DNA from: Sphaerodactylus townsendi
Lineage: Eukaryota
NCBI RefSeq assembly: GCF_021028975.2
Contig: NC_059439.1
Location: 23,932,001-23,996,000 of the forward strand
Reading direction: 5' to 3'
DNA: 64,000 nt
This document shows positions 1 through 12,606 of this stretch, piece after piece; within the stretch, counting starts at the first letter, position 1; each line of letters starts with the position of its first letter. The position numbers and the translations under genes are program-made. The notes beneath the pieces were generated by a model. The model made no database searches. It worked only from the letters and a program-made list of their open reading frames with translations, and was not told the origin of the DNA.

Positions 1-254
1 GTGGAAATGCCCTCCCTGCAGCATTTAACCCAGGGGAAGGGAAATCCATTGGTGCCCACCCAGTGCAGCACCCTGCAATGTGCAGCCATGGCACCTGTCT
101 TTGCATCATCACTCCCATGCTGTCCCCAGCCTTGTCAGTTTGTTGAGGGTATGGTAGGTTTTCATCCCAGGTTTGGCATCAGTGGTGCTGTGGCTCCGAC
201 CATGAACTTAGTTCAGTTCACAGAACTGTTACTGCTGTTCAGTTCACAGGGTCA

Positions 255-1063
255 GTGCTATCAGTCACAGACCAGGAAAGGGATTTAGGCGTCTTAGTTG
301 ATAGTTCCATGGGAGTGTCGACTCAATGCATGGCAGCTGTGGAAAAGGCAAACTCTATGCTGGGGATCATTAGGAAAGGAATTGAGAATAAAACTGCAAA
401 GATTGTCATGCCCTTATATAAAGCAGTGGATGCGACCGCGCAGGTACTAATGTCCAGTTCTGATGTGCCGGCGCATCTCAAAAAAGGATATTGAGGAGAT
501 AGAAAAAAAAAAGTACAGAGACGAGGATGATTGAGGGACTGGAGCACCTTCCCTAGGAGAGGCTGCAGCGTTTGGGACTCTTTAATTTGGGAAGGCTGAG
601 GGGATGATTGAAGTCCTATAAAATTATGCATGGGGTAGAAAATGTTGACAGAGAATTTTCTCTCTCTTTCTCTAATACTAGAACCAGGGGCATACATTGA
701 AAATGCTGGGGGAAGAATTAGGACTAATAAGGAAGCACTTCTTCACCTGGCGATGTGATTGGTGTTTGGAGATATGCTGCCACAGGAGGTGGTGATGGCC
801 ATAACCTGGATGGCTTTAAAGGGCTTGGACAGATTTATGGAGGAGAAGTCGGGTTATGGCTACAATCTTGATCCTCTTTGATCTGGATTACCGTCTGTAA
901 CAGACCAAGGTGATCGGAACAGCTTGGCCGCAGAAGGCCATTGCGTTCACATCCTACATGTGAACTCCCAAAGGCACCTGGTGGGCCACTGCGAGTAGCA
1001 GAGAGCTGGACTAGATGGACTTTGGTCTGATCCAGCTGGCTTGTTCTTATGTTCTTATGTTCT
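255..1063 (+). mobile_element. CR1 LINE, 5'-truncated 3' fragment
   Basis: Translates to CR1 ORF2 C-terminal motifs (DQERDLGVLVD, KANSMLGIIRKGI) and ends in a (TTCTTATG)n tail. Homologous to the copy at 61369-61818 but with many small indels. Confidence 0.9.
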
Positions 1064-2583
1064 TAACGTTTGGATCACAGTCATTTTTATCATAAGCCTG
1101 TTCACATCAAAATTGCTCTCATCTTTGATTTCACCTGAAGTTCATTGCTGCCTGTCTTTAAATCCCATCTTCAATTGCTGTACCTTGTGTGAGACACAAC
1201 TTGATATTGCGGGTGCACTGGGGCAATGAGATTGGGTCAATTTCCTCACAGGAGCCTCGTAGTGCAGAGTGAGAGTAGGTTGTGAGCAGAACTTTGATTG
1301 CAGCTTACCACTTTGTCACAGGGCACCCTCAGGAAACTTAGGGGTGACAAAATTTTAGTGGCTCTGGTCATTTTGGCTACTGGTTGAGCTAGAAAATTCT
1401 TCTGACTTTGTCTCATATGATATCCGAGTTTGGTTTAGGTAGTATAGGGGGCCATGATGGAATCTGTATCTGTGAGCCTATAGCCATGCCTGCACTAAGT
1501 ACTGTGAATAGAAATAGTTTGTGCCTTTAGGGAGTTAATTTCACCTATGGTGTGTGCTTGATATGCTAAGGCATTAATCCAGGTGTAATAAAACTGGCTG
1601 ATAGCCAGGCATTTCCGAAGAGGAGAGTATGCGTGCAAGAACCTAGTTAACACTGTGAATCTAGGCTTCTGGAATACCTGATCAGAATACACCTACTGGT
1701 GGCAGTAATATTCCAGACTGAATATCTGGAAAGATTGTTAATACCTGCCCTGGTTGTGAGCCAAAACCTTAAAACAGATAAAGCCCTGGGCAGATCCATA
1801 GAGTATATTATGTGATGATCAGTTACTTAGCATACAGACATAGAGGCACTAGTTCTCCCTCTATTACAGTAAGCGAAACAGAAAGCTTTCAGAGAAAGGA
1901 GATTTGTGTAACTTATTTCTGAAACTGACTCTGTTGTTGCTCACTGTCCAAAATGATGTGAAGCAAAGATGGAAAGCAACAATCACAGGCTACATGGTGA
2001 CTGCATCTTAGCTAGCTTAGTGTTACCCAAGGGCCATTACTATCTGATGGATTTGCTGAGGAAACTCTTGTTGGTCTTTAAGGTGCTACTGGACTAGCTG
2101 GATTGCAAGGTTATTACACACTACCAACTGGCATTTGGAATTATTGTAAAGTATTGCCTTCGGAGTTACCTTTATTTCTGTCATTTCTTTTCTTTTTATC
2201 CTATATCTGCTCTGCAGTTAAAAAGAATCAATATAACTAGGTATGGAGGAATGTTTTTTTCAATCCATATTCATGTTTACAAAGTTTTAAGATACCAAAA
2301 TAGCCCAAATCTGGACGTGTGTACGAAAAGAGCCACGATGTCATTCTGGGTCTGTAACTAACAGTGCCATGTAATAAGTTCCCCATTCTTTTTTCCTTAA
2401 AATGCTTAGTGTGGCTGCACCCACACTGCCATACATACTCATTTAATATTGATAGATAAAACTCACCAATTCATGCTGAAAGTCAATTCCAGGTTTATTG
2501 TATTTTTATTGCCATCAAAAAAATCATCCATAAAATCACCCCAATGTTGCCAAAAGCAGTTTTTTTCTGTCCCACCACAGCTG

Positions 2584-2873
2584 AGAACCAGCGTGGTGCA
2601 GTGGTTAAGAGCAAGTGGGTTCTAATCTGGAGAACCAGGTTTGATTCCTCACTCCCCCACCTGAGTGGCAGAGGCTGATCTGGTGAACCAGATGTGTTTC
2701 CACACTCCTGCATTCCAGCTGGGTGACCTTGGGCTAGTCACAGTTCTTCAGAACTCTCTCAGCCCCACCTACCTCACAAGGGGTCTGTTGTGGGGAAAGG
2801 AGTTTGTAAGCCACCTTGAGTCTCCTTATGGAGAGAAAGGTGGGATATAAATCCAAACTCCTCTTCTTCTTCA
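2584..2873 (+). mobile_element. tRNA-derived CORE-type SINE (Squam3-like), older subfamily
   Basis: Pol III A/B box-like head (tggtgcagtggtt...ggtttgattcc), MIR-like core (gtgaccttgggctagtcac), (TCT)n tail. Confidence 0.85.
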
Positions 2874-3244
2874 TCAACAGGTTTTCAAAGAAACAGATGT
2901 TCAGAGATGGCCTGCACTTGCCTGCCTTTGCATAGAGATCCTGGAAAGCCTTCCATCTGAATACCAACCAGAGCTGACCCTGTTTAGCTTCTGAAACATG
3001 CGCCTTAAAATCACCTGCTTGTACCCTGTTTTATGCTCTGGAATGTTTAACCTCAGGTTCAAAAACATAGGTTTCAAAATCTAACTAACAACCACCGTAA
3101 AACAGCAAAAAATGAAGGGGGCTATAAATACGAACAGTTGAAATTGCCAAAGGCAAACTGTTGTCAAACACCATAAGGCTGGTAACAGCACTATAGTACA
3201 CTTCTCTGAAGGAGATATAAAACAAACAAGACCTCTCACTAGAA

Positions 3245-3326
3245 CAGGGGTAGGGAACCTGCGGCTCTCCAGATGTTCAGGAACTACAATTCCCATCAGC
3301 CTCTGTCAGCATGGCCAATTGGCCAC
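3245..3326. mobile_element. Half of a hAT-type MITE
   Basis: Starts with TIR caggggtagggaacct. Internal ccagatgttca..actacaattcccat matches the full palindromic MITE at 63410-63547. Right half absent. Confidence 0.65.
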
Positions 3327-3505
3327 TGCAGCCTGGTGAAACGATAGGAGATGCTGGATTCAGGCTATCTAGTACTAGGGTCTACACTAAAACAACCCCA
3401 ATACTTGAGAGAATACCATTGATAGGAGATGAATCCATTTAAAATCATATCTGATGTTAGCCAAGTCTCTTGCATGAAAAGCGTATCATGGATTTTATAA
3501 ACTGT

Positions 3506-3826
3506 GGCCGTTTCCGCATGGGCATTTAATGGCGGCCTGGAGACGGCAAAAACGGCGTCTCCAGGCCGTCATTCGCACAGGGGGCGCAGCTGCATCACAG
3601 CCTCACCGCCCTCGCGCCGCGAACGGCAGTGGCTTCGAGATGCCTCCCCCCCTCCTTGCTCCTGGTACTTACCTTGTCCCCGGACCTCCGGCGCATCGCT
3701 GAGGCCTGGGGACACGCCCCCCTGCCCATCGCCGGAGGCCCGGGGACATGCCAGGTTGGCCGGGCGCCGGCGCTTCGCGGTGCTGGCTGCCCGGCTCTTT
3801 CTAGGACCGTCCGTGCGGAAACGGCC
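3506..3826. mobile_element. PIF/Harbinger-type non-autonomous element (GC-rich)
   Basis: TIRs ggccgtttccgca / tgcggaaacggcc flanked by a 3-bp TSD (TGT). Confidence 0.8.
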
Positions 3827-3834
3827 TGTAAAAA

Positions 3835-3837
<3 letters not shown>

Positions 3838-3865
<28 letters not shown>
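3838..3865. repeat. (TG)n microsatellite
   Basis: Direct inspection. Confidence 0.95.
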
Positions 3866-4330
3866 AGTTTGGTTTGGAGAACAATCTTAAGCAGATCTAC
3901 TGAGGCTTATTCAATGGGGTTATTCAAAGGAAAAGGACCTTAGGATTGCACTGTAAGTCTGAATGGGCGTTTCCTTCTTTGACCTTCTGGTTTTCGATAG
4001 CACTGATAGTTCTCTTGAGCCAGTTCTATTAATTAATAGTGTCAAATGTTGATATTATTTATTATAAGAAGCGGTTGGACTGATTGAAATAATATAGCTC
4101 TTTTCTTTAAATCTGCATTTAGGTGCTAACAGTAGCTGTAAGAAGCAATGAAACAGCTCCAGATCTGTAAGAAGCTATGAAATAGCACCAACCATTAAAG
4201 ACTAACTGTCCATTTTTTTTCTCTGTAAAAAACTAAGGAACTATTTAGAAACATACCCTGCAAGTTTTAAGCAGAATTCTTCCTTTTAAGCTCTTCCAAA
4301 TCAGTTGAAGGAAATTAGATAGTATGGTAC

Positions 4331-4495
4331 TAGCCTGATCTCACAAGATCTTGAAAGCTAAGTGGGGTTGGTACTTGGATGGGAGACCATCAGGAAAGTC
4401 TCTACAGAGGAAGGCAACAACAACCTACCTCTGCTGGACCGCTTGTTCTGAAAATTCTATTGTCATAAGTTAGCCGTGACTTGATAACACTTGAC
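4331..4495 (+). mobile_element. 5S rRNA-derived SINE (5S-Sauria-like), decayed
   Basis: gcctgatctc...gctaag...gtacttggatgggagacc resembles the 5S internal promoter region and is followed by a BovB/Sauria-like tail (gaggaaggcaa...acctctg). Confidence 0.65.
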
Positions 4496-4545
4496 ATTCA
4501 CAAACCAGTTGAAGTTAATGGGTTTGTCTGTTTCATATTAAACTG

Positions 4546-4852
4546 GGAGCAGCAGTGGTGTAGGAGGTTAAGAGCTCGTGTATCTAATCTGGAGGAACCG
4601 GGTTTGATTCCCAGCTCTGCTGCCTGAGCTGTGGAGGCTTATCTGGGGAATTCAGATTAGCCTGTACACTCCCACACATGCCAGCTGGGTGACCTTGGGC
4701 TAGTCACAGCTTCTCGGAGCTCTCTCAGCCCCACCTACCTCACAGGGTGTTTGTTGTGAGGGGGGAAGGGCAAGGAGATTCTAAGCCCCTTTGAGTCTCC
4801 TGCAGGAGAGAAAGGGGGGATATAAATCCAAACTCTTCTTCTTCTCTTCTTC
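4546..4852 (+). mobile_element. tRNA-derived CORE-type SINE, young subfamily
   Basis: Full-length and near-identical to copies at 9121, 11872 and 62522; (TCT)n tail. Confidence 0.9.
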
Positions 4853-4968
4853 TGTTCTGGTTTTATTTAGGTCTGAAGATTGTTTTTTTTTTTTAAATAT
4901 ATGCAGACTTATGTTAAGGATTGCCTTGTTCTTCATTGTTCAATTCTGGCAGTGTATACACTGGAGAC

Positions 4969-5892
4969 ATGGAGCAGAAGAACAGTTCTGAGGTGTCTGA
5001 ATTCCTTCTTCTAGGACTCTCCCAAGTTAAAAAAGTCCAGCTTATTCTATTCCTTATTTTTGTACTCTTCTACTCTCTGATCTTGCCTGGAAACATCCTT
5101 ATTATTCTAACTATTTGGAGGGATCGCCAGCTGTGTTCCCCAATGTACTTTTTCCTTGCCAGTCTGGCCTTCCTTGACATCTGTTACAGTTCCGTCACAC
5201 CACCAAAGATGCTGGCCGACTTCCTCAGCCAACACAAAACCATCTCTTATGGGGGATGCATGTGCCAGCTCTTTTTCTTGCATTTCTTGGGAGCAGCTGA
5301 GATGTTCCTACTGATAGCTATGGCTTATGACAGGTATGTGGCCATATGTCGACCCCTGCAGTACATGTCCCTTGTAAACAGAGGTATGTGCTGCATCTTG
5401 GTGGGGGCATCATGGGCTGGAGGATTTGTTCATGCTATAATCCTGGTTAGTTTGACCCACCAGCTCCCCTTTTGTGGACCCAATATCTTGGACAACTTCT
5501 TCTGCGATGTTTATCAAGTCATCAGGTTGGCCTGTACTGATACACACAGAGTGGAAGTCCTGACTTTCATCAATAATGGGCTCATAATATTAACAGGCTT
5601 TATACTTTTGCTCATTTCATACGCTATCCTTTTGATCAGGTTAAGACTTAGTGTAACACATGGGAAGAGTAAAGCCTCCTACACCTGTGTCACGCACATC
5701 ATTGTCGTTTTTGTGATGTTCACCCCGGCCATCTACCTCTATACACGCCCTTCAGAGCCTTTACCCTTGGATAAGGTGGTTGCTGTCTTCCACACTGTGG
5801 TCTTCCCTTTATTAAACCCAGTGATTTACACAATGAGGAATAAAGAAATTAAGAGTTCCATGAAGAAGTTAATCAAAAGATACAATTTCTAA
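4969..5892 (+). CDS. Olfactory receptor, class II, family 4 (OR4M/OR4N-like), intact, 307 aa
   Basis: Single-exon ORF from ATG 4969 (MEQKNSSEVSEFLLLGL, N-glycosylation site NSS). OR motifs GN, SPMYFFL, MAYDRYVAICRPLQY, FCGPN..DNFFCD, KASYTC..H, PLLNPVIYTMRNKEIK. A polypyrimidine+AG acceptor near 4952 suggests a non-coding upstream exon. Confidence 0.95.
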   Translation: MEQKNSSEVSEFLLLGLSQVKKVQLILFLIFVLFYSLILPGNILIILTIWRDRQLCSPMYFFLASLAFLDICYSSVTPPKMLADFLSQHKTISYGGCMCQLFFLHFLGAAEMFLLIAMAYDRYVAICRPLQYMSLVNRGMCCILVGASWAGGFVHAIILVSLTHQLPFCGPNILDNFFCDVYQVIRLACTDTHRVEVLTFINNGLIILTGFILLLISYAILLIRLRLSVTHGKSKASYTCVTHIIVVFVMFTPAIYLYTRPSEPLPLDKVVAVFHTVVFPLLNPVIYTMRNKEIKSSMKKLIKRYNF

Positions 5893-6188
5893 ATGATGGA
5901 GGGGGAAAAACATGCACAATCAGAAGGGGTAAAAGGGGGCTCAAATATGTGCAAATGAATATAACAGGAATGTTGGAATACATGACAGAAATTAAATTTT
6001 AAAATAATTTTACATGTTTTCATAGATGCTGTAACCAGATCATCATCTAAAAAACACATCTCCAGAAGTGTTAAAATAAAAAGGTTATTTTTTTTGTATT
6101 GTAAGGATTTGTGCTGCAGGTAGATTCAAATCACCCCGTCTTTGTTATTATTTTGAAAATATCTCTCTTATACTGTGTTTGGCCTGGT

Positions 6189-6243
6189 GGTTCGTTCGTT
6201 CGTTCGTTCGTTCCCTCCCTCCCTCCCTCCCTCCCTCCCTCCC
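6189..6243. repeat. Compound microsatellite (GTTC)n(CCCT)n
   Basis: Direct inspection. Confidence 0.9.
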
Positions 6244-9022
6244 TTTTCAGCCAATCTGGTGGTTAATACTTCCACTGTGCCTGAAAGTGCATTTCAGGAA
6301 AATTTAGGATCAATCTAGATAATCTTTGCTCCTTTTCTTGAACATTTGTTCCCCCTTCATTACATTGTCATAAAAACAGCCATTCTGTGGTCACCACTGG
6401 GAAATCCTTCTGATCAGTGATAAGTATACTGAAATCCTTTGCTATGATTACCTCTTTTAAATCTTCCATGCTGAACTTTCACTAACAAATACTGCCCCAA
6501 TAATCAATCCACATGTAAAAGTCCAAACAGTTTGAAAAAACTGAACATTTTTTCTGTCCAGTGTGAGCAGTTAGTTTGAGCTTCTGCATTTGGATGTCTC
6601 TGCATTTAGTTATTTGTGTTTTAGACTCTTGTTTTTGTTTGATTCAATTTGTTATTGTGCTTTTCACCTCCACTATGTAGGTAACCAGGGGCGTGGTGAG
6701 AGGGATGAGGAGGCTCTTTACCGGGTCCCAATTGCCTGGGGGGGGGGGGGGCTAGCTGCTGCCCTCTCCCACTGCCCTGCAAAAAAATCTTTCTGTGTCC
6801 TTAAAAATAATATTTTCATTCAAGTTGAGTGTGCCAAGGCAAGTTCAGCAAGACAGTGGGAGGGAAGACAAAGTCAAGGAAGGAACATGACCTCCCTGGT
6901 CTTGTCTCCACCCCCAGTGTCTTACCGGTCTTGCCTCAGCACCACTCAGAGGAAAGTAAGATGGATTAATCCAGTTTACTCCTCTCCGTCTGAGCAAGGT
7001 TGGCAAGACACTGGGGGTGCCGACAAAGCCAGGGAAGAAACGTAACCTGTGGGTGGCATTTTTTTTAAAGCAACATCCCTGTAGGCAACTTTCCATTTCT
7101 ATATCTTGATCAAGATCTGGTTATCAACAATAACTCTTAGGCAGATATTTCATCTTGATTATTCCTTGAAGTTAATGAAGCGGACCAGATTTACCTGGGT
7201 CGCCATTGCCACCAGGGGAAGGGCGCCACGTTGCCTTCCTTCCCCTTTTCCAGCAGGCTGCTGCATCGCTGCACTGCTCTGCACAGGCGCCGGACAGCAC
7301 AGCCCATTGGCTGTGGAGGGCTGGCCGGGACGCGTGGTTATGACACCAGACCCCGTTGCTGCCCACCACCTTTAAAGCCAGGGCGGGCCACGTGTAGGCC
7401 CTCTTTGCCTGGCTGCCATCTGATCAACCCACCCAACCTCCCTGTATTTCTTTGTTGAGTTTTTTTCTAGTTGTTAAATAGTGTTGTTGCGGTTTGCGCA
7501 TGGGGGACTGATCCTTGGCCAGGTTAGCTGCCTGCTAACCATTTTGGGAACCTCCTTACGAGGTTTGGGGTGAAGCAAGCCAGGACTCATAACGCCCAGG
7601 CATGGGCTGAGCTGGCTTGCGCCCCACAGTAATTGGGGGAAATTTTCAGGCAGCGGTCCACCACCCATCTGATATTTCCCCCTCATTGCTGCCAGGTATC
7701 GGTTTGTGTTTCATTTCCTCAAACCGGCGGGTTTGAGGAATCCCGGGTTGGGAGACAGCCTTTTGGGCTGCCCAACACAAGGATCAGACCCCATGCTGCG
7801 CCTTACGCTCGCTATTCTGTCAAGCCAATAAATTCATGGCAATGGCCATTTTTTATTCCACAAATAAAGTGTTTGTCTTTTGCTATCTTGTTTGGTTCAA
7901 ACAGCAAGCTCTCTCTCCCTCTGGTGGCAATGTAGTTCCTCTAGGATTCTGCTGTGCAAGGTGATCAATATATCTAATAACATGGTCCTCTGTACAGATA
8001 TGTAAACCCCTGGACTGGGGCCATGCAGAGAGAGAAAAAAGATTTTATTCTGGGGAATCCCCCCAGGTTCGCATAAGAATATGATAAACCAAGGAGTGTT
8101 ATCCATCAGCGAAGTGGCATCCACGCACAATGTTCCACGCAGCAGATGGAGAGGAAGCGGCTGTCACCACTTAGCCAGAAAGGCTGCAATGCTGCAGGTG
8201 GTTATGGGAAGGGTGAAGGCAGGAGCCTCACTTTCCCCCCACTGCTTTCCACAGAGTGACATGAAGAGAACAGGCAAGTGTTTGTGGTGGGCAGCCATAG
8301 GAGTGGGAAAGAGAAACTTTTGGGGAAAACCTAGAACTGACATAGAATAGCTCTAAGGATTGTTAGAGACTTTACGGTATCACCAAAGAGTTCCCAGTGA
8401 TTTCTAGAGGTACGCTATCTTATTCCAAGTTTTCCCTGAAAATGACATTATGGCATACACAACATTGCATCTGCCCTTGTCCTCACCCTTCTAAGTGCCT
8501 GCTGATAGTTTTCATCTAGGGTATTACATAAGATTTGCAGTTACCGTAACATAAGCAAAATAACAAAGTGTTCAACATGTGTTGGCCTTCTTTCTCAGGC
8601 ACCATGCTGAGATATGGGTTGGCCAAAATTTCCCCTTTACCAGCTCCAATATATTTTCTTTTCCTTTCTGGAAAGTGAGGTTGGAGAAGGACGATAAATG
8701 CAGACACAATGCGTCCTCCACCCGCACTCTCCATGGAGGGTTAGATGTCACTCTGGAAACTGAATAGGGATGTCACCCTAATAGATATTTGTTTTATTAT
8801 GTTTTTTATGTTGTTTGAATGTATTTAATCCACTGTAAACTTCCTTGAGAAGTTTAAAATAAAGTATCGACATTTTAAATAACTAAATGAATAAAAATAA
8901 TCTGACTGCAAGAATGGATTAGGTGTCAGCACAATTGCTTTTTTGAAGTGTTTTATCAATGTGCACTCACATTGGTAAGGGGAATTGGCAAGTTAACAAA
9001 AGGAAGCTGCACTAGACAAGGG

Positions 9023-9614
9023 AAGAAGAGAAGAAGAGTTTGGATTATATCACACCGTTCTCTCCTGTAAGGAGATTCAAAGCAATTTACAAACACTTTC
9101 CCCTTCCTCTCCCCACAACAAGAAGAAGAAGAGTTAGGATTTATATCCCCCTTTCAATCCTGCAGGAGACTCAAAGGGGCTTACAATCTCCTTGCCCTTG
9201 CCCCCTCACAACAAACACCCTGTGAGGTAGGTGGGGCTGAGAGAGCTCCAAGAAGCTGTGAATAGCCCAAGGTCATCCAGCTGGCGTGTGTGGGAGTCTA
9301 CAGGCTAATCTGAATTCGCCAGATAAGCCTCCACAGCTCAGGCGGCAGAGCTGGGAATCAAACCCGGTTCCTCCAGATTAGACACACGAGCTCTTAACCT
9401 CCTACGCCACTGCTGCTCCTGTGAGGTAGATGGGGATGAGAGAATTCCAAAGAACTGCAAGTAGCCCAAGGTCACCCAGCAGGGACGTAGGAGCGGGGAA
9501 ACAAACCCAGTTCAACAGATTTGAGTCCACTGGTCTTGTGAAGGAGAGGGGAATCAAACCCAGTTCTCCAGATTGGAGTCTACCTGCTCTTAACAACTAC
9601 ACCACACTGGCTCC
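9023..9614 (-). mobile_element. Older SINE (9023-9120 + 9420-9614) interrupted by a young SINE (9121-9419)
   Basis: Two reverse-complement SINE tails and heads. The outer element resumes (tgtgaggtaga) right after the inner head ends (...tgctgctcc). Confidence 0.85.
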
Positions 9615-11608
9615 AGGGTTGCCTTGCAGTTCATTTCTACAGCAAAACTTCCGCAATATTTCTATGACAGTAATAAAGATTGATTGATATGTTTGGATCT
9701 TTATCATATGCTAGATTACCTCAGCGATAGCTCTACGTAAGCCTGGGCACAAAGAGAAGTTTTGCCGTCCCAGGAATGTTTCAAGTGGGATGCTGCACAG
9801 TGTACACTGTCTCTCTTCTTGCCTTAACTGAATGTTCCAAGCACAAAACATACAAGGAACAATATAATCAATGATTCTGGGGGGTGGAGTCTGTAGGCAA
9901 GCAACTGCCTACGGTTAAGTTGACTGATACCTTTTTAACAGGCTAGATCCCGGCTGCGAGATAAATTTCAGAAGGCCAAATACGGGTCTTAACTTGGTAA
10001 CAAAATAGGACCCACTCATTGGCTTACAGTAAAGAAAAAAATGTTGTGTGCATTCATTAATTAAACTGGTTTGACAACTCATACAGATGAATGGGTTCCA
10101 AACTGTTCACCCTGAGCAAGAATGAGGATGAAGTTCAGGATCGTGAATTCAGTTTAAACAACCTAGGAAAAGTCCTAGGAAAAGACCAAGGACCTGCAAC
10201 TCATGGGCTATGTGTAGGAGGCCCTGTGTTTGATCTTATGTCTCTAATTAAGAAGCAGGGCTGATTGAAGGGCATTTATACATTTTCCAGGGCAAGATGG
10301 TAACCGAATCTCCTGTGACAGCTTCCATGTTATGTTAGGAATATATTCATCTTCAGCCCATATGGGATGGCAGTGTTGCATGTTTTTCTGAAGTGCTGCA
10401 TTTGGAATGAGACCATAGTAGAATGGAACAGCACACTGTGGATGAAGAATGTGTCCACAATTTCCACTGAAAGATCTCAAATATGTGGGGAAGACTACTT
10501 CCTGAGATACTGTTCAGGGTGTTGGGACCATCTACCTTTTCTGCTGGTGAAGAAGGTCCCTTTGACCACCTTAGCAGACCCTACTGAGGTTCCTGGACCT
10601 GCAGGGACAAAAGCCATGTGGGATTGGCAGTTTAATGCAAGAAATTGAGTAACATTTTGATCCAAGAAAAAGAAGCTGGCTGTATCCAACCCATTGAAGA
10701 GAAAGCGGGTTGTGTGGGCTTGTTGTCTTACTCAAAAGAAGGCCCTTTCATGTCTTTCTATAATAAGATGATGATAACACCATCTACTGTCCCTGATGTA
10801 TGCTACCAGGGTTTTATGTAAGCATGCACTTTGTAAGGGTGAGAGACTTACGTTATCACCAAAGTGGCAAAAGAGCTGACACAGATGCAGTGGAGAACCC
10901 CACCGCACCTTGTGATTTATGTAGATTATTTGTCACCTCTGATATGATAGAGCTGCTTTTGCGAGTGTCAAGAAGAACAAGGGCCCCTTCAAAAAGAAAC
11001 AGAAGTAGGAATGAGCTACCATCAGGCCATCCATTCTATTGGAGGTACCCACAATTTGTATGTTTCTTTATGCAGATTGTTGCATATACTATTTCTGGTA
11101 CATGGGTCAAAATACAGCAGTTTTTCTGCAAGGAGATCTCCTTTGGACAAGATCTCCTTTGGCCAATCAGAAGGTACTTTGGATTGACTCATGGGAAGGA
11201 AAGAGACTTAGCATTTCACTGTCCCCCTTCCCCTTTGGAATTTTAAATCAGGATCCTCCACTATGAGGATTTACAAGAAGATTTGTTTGTTTCATTGGAT
11301 ATCACATCTGTTTTGGTCCTGAGAAAAAGATGTTAGATAGTATTCTGTTACTGTTATCAGGGTGGTTAGATTTATTTTTGGAATCTGAGTGGGCCAAGTT
11401 CCCAGCAAGCACGTTAGCCTTAGGCTGTTAAAGGCTGGAACTATCTTTATTCTGTGGCAACCATCAGACCTCCTTCTTTTGTACCTTGTATATTTCACGT
11501 GGGGAACAGGGAATTAAGATAAGNNNNNNNNNNNNNNNNNNNNNNNNNNNNNNNNNNNNNNNNNNNNNNNNNNNNNNNNNNNNNNNNNNNNNNNNNNNNN
11601 NNNNNNNN

Positions 11609-12315
11609 AACAGTCATCTTCTGGTGGTCCCTGGGCCAAAGGAAATCCAGCCAGCTTCAATCAGGGCCAGGGCATTCTCAGCTCTGGCCCCAGTCTGGTG
11701 GAATGCTCTGTCTAATGAGACCAGGACTATGCAGGATCTTATGAAATTCTGCAGGACCTGCAAGACAGAGCTGTTCCACCAGGCACATGGTTGAGGCAGT
11801 GATGGTACTATCTGGCCTCCCCTTTCCCATCAAGTCCACCTTCAACCTTCAATGGATCTGTTTACTGTTTTAGCACCAGTGGCGTAGGAGGTTAAGAGCT
11901 CCTGTATCTAATCTGGAGGAACCGGGTTTGATTCCCAGCTCTGCCGCCTGAGCTGTGGAGGCTTATCTGGGGAATTCAGATTAGCCTGTACATTCCCATA
12001 CACGCCAGCTGGGTGACCTTGGGCTAGTCACAGCTCTTCTGAGCTCTCTCAGCCCCACCCGCCTCACAGGGTGTTTGTTGTGAGGGGGGAAGGGCAAGGA
12101 GATTGTAAACCCCTTTGAGTCTCCTGCAGGAGAGAAAGGGGGGATATAAATCCAAACTCTTCTTCTTCTTCTTTACAGACATCTTGTAGGGAACAATAAA
12201 TGTAACTTAATGCAATGTTTTTTTTATATTTTAATTATTTTAAATTGTTATGTGGAATGCTGTGAACCAAGGTGAAGAGTGGCATATTAAATCTATTAAA
12301 TAAAAATAAATACAT
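11609..12315 (+). mobile_element. L2 LINE 3' end with a young SINE (11872-12172) inserted in its 3' UTR
   Basis: RAFSALAPVWWNAL...CKTELFHQA is an L2 ORF2 terminus. The AT-rich UTR with an (AATA)n-like tail resumes after the SINE. Confidence 0.75.
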
Positions 12316-12606
12316 AAATTTAAAATGTAACCAAAATGAGAAAATAGGCAGAATGAAAATGGTCTTTCCTTGAGAAGGTTTTGAACTAAATTAAATTCAC
12401 ATATTCATACATTCTTAACACCAGTAAGTAATTCTTATAAGCTTCAGATTGTGTTATTGTCCATAGTAGAAAGAGAACATGGAACTTTGACCTCCGTAAT
12501 ACAATCTTACAGGCGTCAGAACCTTTTTGCGCACATCTCCACTATACTTTCAGTGATTCATTATTCATTAGGTCTTCTCAAAAGGTCTCCGGCATCCAAG
12601 TCCTAC

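Noticed and set aside
4546-4625. tRNA gene
   Set aside because: The tRNA-like head continues into a SINE body and tail that are repeated many times in the window.
4921-4968. N-terminal extension of the OR from the ORF track
   Set aside because: Starts at TTG and spans a likely splice acceptor; ATG 4969 gives canonical OR length.
10890-10965. piggyBac-like motif (PCDLCRLFVTSDMIELL)
   Set aside because: No other transposase motifs, TIRs or TTAA-bounded ends were found.
12340-12390. Possible degraded exon 5 of V2R-A (minus strand KERPFSFC)
   Set aside because: Lacks the CCYDC and flanking cysteine pattern and has no matching splice sites.
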